Assembly: GCA_905178155.1 (NCBI GenBank)
Contig: CAJINV010000003.1
Location: 3,503,600-3,567,599, forward strand
Length of the DNA: 64,000 nucleotides
Direction of reading: 5' to 3'
From: Amoebophrya sp. A120
Taxonomy: Eukaryota; Protista; Dinoflagellata
Of the stretch, positions 56,917 to 64,000 are shown piece by piece. The notes beneath the pieces were generated by a model. That model was not told the origin of the DNA, did not search any database, and saw only the letters and a list, made by a program, of their open reading frames with translations. The position numbers and the translations under genes are program-made. Each line of letters opens with the position of its first letter. The first letter of the stretch is position 1.

Positions 56917-58740
56917 TTACTCCGTGTTGAACTTGGGTGCGTACGCGCGCTGGTTGCCGGAAAGTTCGCCCGGGGTGGCGATCACGGTATTGACGAAGCA
57001 ACCCCGTCCGACTTGCTCATCGAGATGCGCTGTTTTGTTTTTGATTACTTAGCCATATGAGGTAATTTTCATCCCAGATTCAGATGCAGAAACACGTCTT
57101 GCACGACCTTCCGCCCAGACGGGCTTGCGCTGTGTTGTAGCGTCTGGTTGTACATTTTCGTAACAATGCGTGGAAGTAGAAGTCTCCTGGTTTAGACTCG
57201 AACGAACGGACAAACGCGCTGCCATTAATCAATCACGATGACGAGACACTAAAGAATCCAAAAAATCCTCCGTGGGCTGGAAAGTAGATGAAATAAACAG
57301 ATCTAGAAGATCACAAAGAGAACGTCAAATTACCTTGCAAGCCGTCTTCCATGCCCGCTTCCTTGCATTCCCAGACGCAGTAGGCGAGGTCCTTGCTGAC
57401 TGGCATGAAGGAATGGTTGGCAAACCCCTTGTCGAGGCCGTCTTGGGTGAACTTGGCATAAGCCTCCTGGTCGGCCATCATCTTAGCGGTGTCAGCCCAC
57501 CACTCATCGGCCTTGCCCTCCTTCATGTCGTGCTTCACGATGTACCACTGGCCTGAAGTATCAACAACATTTTTATACTTGAAAATATCACTTTTGTTAT
57601 GTTCGCTCTCCTCCCCCATCGCATTTCTAGCAATACCATGGGATCAGCTGGGAGAGCAATTAGCAAGATGCTGCTCGTGCACGCACTCCGAGTGCTCCCG
57701 TTCATGGTTCCAGATCTTCGGGCATACGCAGAGAAGGCAATTCCAATTTCAATTTCTACGATGAAGCTGACTAGATAGCAACGGAACAAACAAATGCATC
57801 TTTACTAGCCAGGGAAATAAACTTAAGTATACTGGCGCTGGAGGCGTAGGTGGCATTCAGTTCCATGGAGAGCTTGGAGTCCTTCGCGTAGGCGGCGGCA
57901 AACGGCATCTGTCCGCCGGTGAGCTCCGGGCTGATCACCATCAACTTGTTGACCATCATCTTCTGCCCCACGCTGTCATCCAACAGGGTCTGCAAATCAG
58001 CTTCCTTGACACCTGGGTCGTGGAGACGATATCATTATGTGGTCGTTTAGCATGCATTTGAATTTGTATGAAAAGAAAAACTAAAACATACAAGTTCAAC
58101 ATGAAATAACCTAGAAGTTCAACATGAAATAACCCGAATAAAACTTGGTAGACCTAGAAGACAATTTTAATTTTTATATGTGAAATTATAGTGCAAGGAT
58201 CAAGTTGTGTGGAGTGATTCTAGTCCTGCTCCTTCTCTTACCCGCCTTGCACTCCCAGATGCAGCAAATGTGGTCCTGCGCCATGGGGATGAAGGCGTGG
58301 TTGTAGAATCCGTTCCCGGAGTTGCCCGAGAACATGCCCTTGAGCTTCTCCGGGTCGGACAGGAACGGGGTCATGGCGGTCCACCAATCCTCCGCCTTGC
58401 AGTCCGGCTTGAAAGTGTGGTCAACCACGTAGAAGGTGCTGGGACCATCCGCGGCGGCCTCGGCCGGCTTGGCGGGCTCCTATGTTTAAATTCAAAATAT
58501 TCTTGCATGGTAATTGCGATGCTGGGATGATTTTTCGTCCCACAAATAGGCTGTGACTGTGTGGACTTCCGACTTCATCAACGAATGGAAATACAAATGA
58601 AAATAAATATCGAATTCATGCAACACACGTGGTCCACTTTGTGTAAATCTATTTTCAAATACCGCGGCCATTTGCGGCGGAGCAGCCGCGGCTGGAGCGG
58701 CTTCTGCCGCCTTTTCCTGCTTAGACGACGCGCAACCCAT
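56917..58740 (-). CDS. Five-exon N-acylated (MGC) protein with two tandem copies of an uncharacterised alpha/beta domain
   Basis: Exons 58740-58663, 58479-58242, 58012-57833, 57552-57334 and 57029-56917. All introns are GT-AG and phase-compatible. Repeats FYVVDHTFKP..WW..GFYNHAFIPM..CIWECK and WYIVKHDMKE..WW..GFANHSFMPV..CVWECK. Strong C/G third-position bias. Confidence 0.85.
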
Positions 58741-58937
58741 TTTCTTTTCGAAGTTTGAGTTTCGGTTTACTAAACCGGAACAGTCGCTAAGTGATTAAAT
58801 TGAGACTATCAACCCTGAACGCAGCAAAAAAAGAACGCGTACGCGATGGAAACGACGAAATATGGAGTTTTTTGAAGCAAGACGATGGTGTGAGTACTTA
58901 CTTTGGGGTTTTTGGGTGTCGACGCTCTTTTTCTCTA

Positions 58938-59160
58938 GAGCGGGGTAACAAATTCTGACGAGTTGTGGCCGTCCCACTTCTCACCCGCCCGGCCGGGTGG
59001 GTGGCTAGTGGGACGGAACCAGGATCCTGACCACGAGAGCGGCGAAAAGCAAGATCCCGCCAGCTGGTCAGGATCCTGGTTCCGTCCCACTAGTCACCCA
59101 TTCGGCCGGGCGGGTGAGAAGTGGGACGGCCACAACTCGTCGGAATTTGTTACCCCGCTC
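58938..59160. repeat. 223 bp foldback (MITE-like) palindrome with nested internal palindromes
   Basis: 96 bp arms at 58938-59033 and 59065-59160 with 4 mismatches and a 31 nt loop. Confidence 0.9.
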
Positions 59161-59822
59161 CACTGGTTTTGCGTTTGAGAGAATCGAAAAAAATGAAGCA
59201 AAAGGAGTACGCGGGGGCGCTCCTCCAACATACGGAATGTGGTATAGACAAAAAAGCCCACACAACGGTTTGAGTTTGTCTTTGCGGTTGTACGATGATT
59301 TGGACTAACTGTACGCCTAACGGTTTTTGCACGACTTCGAAAAAAGGACTTTTCTCTCTTACCGATGTTATTCATGGACGAAAAGTACAATGAAAATGAC
59401 CGACATCGCTTTCTCTTCGGCGACTGACAGAGAGAGATACATTTGACGTATTTCCTCGACGTATAAAGAAGTAGAAAACAAATTTGAACACTTTTCTATA
59501 TGCTGACTGCGGTGCAATCAGTTGTACGAAAGAGATGACAGGTCGCTTGACGTCGACCGCCCACCCTTGGAAGGAGTCAATGAGTCACGACTTCCGCATC
59601 CGCCTCCTTCTTAGCTGAAATTGAAAATGGACAAACGTCATGTGAAAAAGTGAAAAGTGTCGCTTTGTTCCTGATTTGATAGGAGATCGGAGAGCAGGTC
59701 AACGAGTGTCGTTTCGTACTGGGCCTCTGTCTTTCGCGCGAATCAAGATTAAGGCGCACCGGGGAAAGGCTGCAGCACGAAATCAGCGACAACGATGAAC
59801 GTGGTCAGTATAGAATCAAGAA

Positions 59823-62618
59823 TCATTCTCCAACTTGCTGCTCGAGGTCTTTGCTCCAGTCGAAGCTGGTAAATAGCTTGTTGATCCGCCTGACCTCTCC
59901 TTCGTAATCCTCCGCCGAGGAATACGCTTTGTGGGTGAGGAAGTCCAAGTCGAGACAACCACAGAAGATGTGTTTGATGAAGTCCCGGGGCAACGGATGG
60001 TCGACGGGATGCAGATACCCCTTCATCAGGCCGAAGTCGACGAACACGTAGGGAAAACGCTTCGCGATCTTGTCGCGAATACTGTTCGACGAGTGCGGTG
60101 GGATTTCGATCAGGTTTTTGTGCACGCGATCGAACTCGTCGCTGGCGCCGGCGTTTTCCTTGAAGGCCTCGCGGAAGTAGATCTGCAGCTCGGTGAGAAA
60201 CTCCTTTTCCACCGGGAAACACCGCACCACGCAGTGCCTTCCCGCGCCGAGGTGCTGCTGATCCGGCGTGGGCACCTGCTGCACGTCCTCCCAAAAAATG
60301 CAGGCCTTTTGAAACTTTTCGTCGAAGAACTTCACGAGGGACTTCTGGTAGTTTCGGATTTCCTTAAAAGTGTCTTCGTCCATGTCGTTCACAGAAATAG
60401 TGTCCACGTGATCCCAGGGCACGATGATGATTTCCTGCTCCAGAAACGCCACTTGAGAGTTCTCCACCGCGACATAGCAGAGATCCGACTCGGAAATAAT
60501 GTTAATGTTTCTCACCTTGGTACCCTGCTCAGAGTCGTCGTCGTAGAACTCATTTGCCGTTGATTCGGATCGGTAGGAAAACTTGGCGGACTCGAAACAG
60601 TGCGGACAGCGCTTCAAATTCACCAATTTCTCCTTAGTGACCAGCGCGTTGTTGTTATTCATCTCTTTTTCCTTCGGCGGTGGCTGCCCGCGCTTGCGCT
60701 TCTTCTCCACAAAGTTGTCATTGAAGGAGCCGTCTTCCTCGTAGGTGTCATCTGTCACGTCCATGAAATTACGCCCGCGCTTGCGGATGTGATCCACAAA
60801 CAGCTTCTCGTGGTCGTCGCCGCCAAGCTTCGCGTGCCGCTGCATCTCCTCGATAGTCAGTGGCTCCGCGCCTTTGCCGCTCTTGCTACTGTCGCCTCCC
60901 TTCTGCTTGCCTTTCTTCCCTTTGCTATTCTTGCTGAGGCCCTTGTCCGCCGGTTCCTCGTTCAGCAGCGGCGGCTTGTCCTGCAGCATCGCGGTGAGAC
61001 GGTCGTAGGTCTTCGTGTCACCGCTCATCATTGCCTGGAGCGCTCGTGCCTGGAGCTGATTGCGGTCCAGAGACTTTTCTTCCTCGTCTTGCTTCATCTT
61101 TGCAGCTTTGGCGTGGTCTTCTTCCTCCTCGGCTCTACTAGCTGCGTTGTCAGCGCGACCACCCCTCTCGCGACCGCGTCCTCTGCGAGAGTCTTCGCGT
61201 CGACCTCCTCCTCGTCGCTGGTCGTGCCTCGATGATCCGGATGCACCGTACTTTTTCCGCAACGCACCGAAATCATCCTCCTCCGCGCCGTCGTCGCCGG
61301 GTGGACCTCCTCCTCGCCGCCGATCGTCATAGTACGACCGTGCTCCACCTCTTCGCGATCGCGAATCTCGTCGGCGTCGAGAGTCGCGTCGCCCGCGGTC
61401 GTCTCTGCGCGAAGAATTGTTGTGGTAAGACCGGTTGTTCTCGTCGACCTCGCCTTTGCCGCTAGTACTATAACCGCCCTTCCTCTCGCCCTTCTTTCCA
61501 CCTTTATTTTTCCCTGGAATATCGTCCTCATCCCCACCCCCTATCAGACCCTCCAGCGACATGCCGTGATCGAGCTTATTTTTTCCGCGATTCTGGCCTC
61601 CCTTCGTGGTCCCGTCTTCGATCGGATTTCCGTGTTCGTCGTTGATCTGCCCGGTGGGTCTGCCCTTAAACTGTGGTCGTTTCTTCTTCTGACTTCCCCA
61701 TTCGTACATAGACAAGTCCTCGTTATGATCGATCTGTTCGTCGGGGTCCTCTTCCGCTCCTGCGGCCTGCTCCGCCGCGCCACCACCTCCCTTGCCGCCC
61801 TTGTTACCGCTTCTCTTTACCGGTAACGCATTCTTGAACGCCTCCGGATCCTGCTGTTCCTCGCGCTCACGCTGCCGCGCCCGCTTTTCCCAGGCCCGGC
61901 CCCCGTCCCCGATGCGGAGATGCGCGGGCAGGTCCCAGCCACCACCACTGTGCACGTCCTTGGCGAGCTGCGCGGCGGCAAGCTGGGGGTCGTAGGCCGC
62001 GGGGTTCAACTCTCGCTCGTGGGCCACGCCGGTGTCCAGATCCACTTTTCGCGCCGTGGGATCTTGTTCCTCTTTCTGTTCCCTGCGCTCGCGTTTTTTG
62101 CGGTCTGCGCGGCTCTCCAAGTCGGTTATTTGCGCACCAAACGCAGAAAGCAGGTCTAAGGGACCGTGCTGGTTAGTACTGCCGGCAGCGGCGGCTTCTT
62201 TCGCGGTTGCGTCGCCGCCGGCGGTCGCTGGTGGGTTTGAAGAAGATGAAGGTTTATTTTTCGGGGACTCGGCTCGAGCGGGGGAAGAAGACGAAGAGCC
62301 TGCCGCTTTAGAAGATTTGCGTTCCTTTCCAATTACGGGCGGTTTATTTCTCACATCAGTGCCGAGCTCAAGTTCGTCCTCCGGGAGAACAGGGGCCTTC
62401 ATGAAGTCGTCTTCATCATCCTCGTCTGATCGAGCTCGGCCTGCTCGCACAGATGGTTCCTGAACCGCATCCTCGTCTGATGATTCGCCGTCGGAGGAGG
62501 AGGAAGCGGCCCGTCGCTTCTTGTGTTTCTTTTTCTCCTTTTTGGCTTTCTTCTTTTCCTTCTTGTCCTTCTTTGCCTTTCCAGTGGAGGAAGCGCCAAA
62601 CTTGATACCGCGAAACAT
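59823..62618 (-). CDS. CWF19L2: CWF19-like protein 2 (CwfJ domain spliceosome-associated factor)
   Basis: K/R/D-rich N-terminus, then CPHC, IIIVPWDH, EIRNYQKSL, CIFWE, HCVVRCFPV, YFREAF, PYVFVDFG, GYLHPVD and terminal FDWSK. Confidence 0.85.
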   Translation of the reverse strand: MFRGIKFGASSTGKAKKDKKEKKKAKKEKKKHKKRRAASSSSDGESSDEDAVQEPSVRAGRARSDEDDEDDFMKAPVLPEDELELGTDVRNKPPVIGKERKSSKAAGSSSSSPARAESPKNKPSSSSNPPATAGGDATAKEAAAAGSTNQHGPLDLLSAFGAQITDLESRADRKKRERREQKEEQDPTARKVDLDTGVAHERELNPAAYDPQLAAAQLAKDVHSGGGWDLPAHLRIGDGGRAWEKRARQREREEQQDPEAFKNALPVKRSGNKGGKGGGGAAEQAAGAEEDPDEQIDHNEDLSMYEWGSQKKKRPQFKGRPTGQINDEHGNPIEDGTTKGGQNRGKNKLDHGMSLEGLIGGGDEDDIPGKNKGGKKGERKGGYSTSGKGEVDENNRSYHNNSSRRDDRGRRDSRRRRDSRSRRGGARSYYDDRRRGGGPPGDDGAEEDDFGALRKKYGASGSSRHDQRRGGGRREDSRRGRGRERGGRADNAASRAEEEEDHAKAAKMKQDEEEKSLDRNQLQARALQAMMSGDTKTYDRLTAMLQDKPPLLNEEPADKGLSKNSKGKKGKQKGGDSSKSGKGAEPLTIEEMQRHAKLGGDDHEKLFVDHIRKRGRNFMDVTDDTYEEDGSFNDNFVEKKRKRGQPPPKEKEMNNNNALVTKEKLVNLKRCPHCFESAKFSYRSESTANEFYDDDSEQGTKVRNINIISESDLCYVAVENSQVAFLEQEIIIVPWDHVDTISVNDMDEDTFKEIRNYQKSLVKFFDEKFQKACIFWEDVQQVPTPDQQHLGAGRHCVVRCFPVEKEFLTELQIYFREAFKENAGASDEFDRVHKNLIEIPPHSSNSIRDKIAKRFPYVFVDFGLMKGYLHPVDHPLPRDFIKHIFCGCLDLDFLTHKAYSSAEDYEGEVRRINKLFTSFDWSKDLEQQVGE

Positions 62619-63260
62619 GACTTTGCTTTGACAGGAATATTTTTATCGAGTTCTCCCCTCCGGAGCAAGCCCTTTAATAAATTTTCGCGACTAAGTATCA
62701 ACTTACATGAAAGCTGACAGCTATGTATCGGTATACTTCCTCCATTTAAGGGTACTTACGCCTGAAAAACAGGGAAAAACACAGCAGCACTAAGCTATCC
62801 ACATCGTTATTCATCACAGCATAACGTGAGGGCGTAGGACGAAGACCTGTAAAAATTGAAATCAACGAGTCGCGTCGTGGAGATTTCGATTTGTAAAATC
62901 CTATCAAAAACAAATGCGAGCGTATAAGGCATCGGAACCAAGAGACCAGATCTGTGAAAAGAAACGGATCTCCCTTTTCATGTTGATCTCCCAAGATCCG
63001 ATGTGCCAATTTCGATAACGGATGGTAGATCCGATGCAGCGAGAGCACTCCGATGGCAGATCCGATGCAAAATGAACACTCTTCTGTGCAGCCACCACAG
63101 CAGCTTTGCAACGTATTCTTGAAGATCTTGTTGCGAAGTAGGTAAGTATCTCGATTTTGGCGGATCGGTATTAAAATTACGGCTAGACGTGAACTATGTC
63201 GATGTCGCTGCGTGCGTGGGCGTTGTTGGGCGTTGCACACGTTGCACGCCCTCCGATTTA

Positions 63261-64000
63261 TTAGTCATTCAGGAAACCCTGGACATATTCCCAGTATTTT
63301 AATCCGCCTTTATGGTATGTGTCGTTGTGCATTCCTTCCGGAAAACTTGCAAAGGTGGTGGGGCAAGGGCAGGCGTCGCATAACTTCCGTGAGTGTTCGG
63401 GAGGCACCAATTCGTCTTTCTCGCCAACTAAAAACAAAACCTGAGGGAGTTTGCGGAAAATGATTCCGAACATCAGCGACAATAGCTGTATCTTATACAA
63501 CACAGTACAAGATTTTTTTATACGCCCTGCGGCAAGGTCTGCCAAAATGAAAGTGCATTTGATAATTCCTGAAAGTACCTTCGTCGTTGTCTTGCTGAAA
63601 GTCTTCATTTGCGCCATGGAGTCCCAGTTTATGCGGAGGAAGAAGGCCTTTATTGGTTTCAGGTAAGCCAGAAACGGAAACAACTTGTCCGCTAGGTCGC
63701 TTATACCTATTTGGAGGGCATACGCACAGGGATGGAGATCACAAGCACTAAATCTCAAGCTTCTTCTTCAGCATATCCTTCCTCAAGAACTAACACTCCT
63801 GAAACAGCAGCAAACTACAAACAACAAGACAAAATAATGCATCATTATCATTTTCACTACTTGTGAAGGTGTTCTCCAGCATGATGCCCTTTATTCTGGG
63901 GTATTTCGCTCGAACCTCGGGTGTGAAGTCCTCTATGGCTTTGACGAGTGAAACAGCGACGGCGCCGCCGAGAGAACGGCCGAAAATGAAAGTCTCTTCG
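63261..64000 (-). CDS. Alpha/beta hydrolase ABHD13/BEM46-like, 3' part only
   Basis: FIFGRSLGGAVA, IMLENTFTS|ISDL across a GT-AG intron, LFLVGEKDELVPPEH and GMHNDT. Truncated by the window edge. Confidence 0.9.

Noticed and set aside
58092-58134. 20 bp tandem direct repeat AAGTTCAACATGAAATAACC in an intron
   Set aside because: A simple local duplication with only two copies.
125-63666. Numerous plus-strand ORFs (e.g. 1022-2077, 2146-3207, 48524-49372)
   Set aside because: They are antisense shadows of GC-rich minus-strand genes and show no motifs.

Overview
Gene-dense eukaryotic DNA with spliceosomal introns. All ~17 supportable protein genes lie on the minus strand. That polarity, the long Ser/Ala-rich loop expansions, inverted-repeat introns and a degenerate dinoflagellate spliced-leader motif suggest a dinoflagellate-lineage genome, probably a syndinian such as Amoebophrya (inference). 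Recognisable genes: a multi-exon membrane RING-H2 E3 ligase, an M3 oligopeptidase, a SAM-domain membrane protein, SRP40/Nopp140, a CCR4-like EEP hydrolase, a METTL21-type methyltransferase, a PX-domain protein, a split Ser/Thr kinase, CWF19L2 and a partial ABHD13/BEM46. The best novelty candidate is in the RING gene: two back-to-back ~1.2 kb terminal-inverted-repeat elements fill introns on either side of a ~50 bp micro-exon that is one of three copies of the same exon segment. The first element carries a hAT-transposase-like remnant that is itself interrupted by a palindromic insertion. Other signals are a GC-rich island with an SL-like motif, a nested 223 bp palindrome, and an acylated tandem-domain protein of unknown function. 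No rRNA, tRNA or CRISPR array was recognised.
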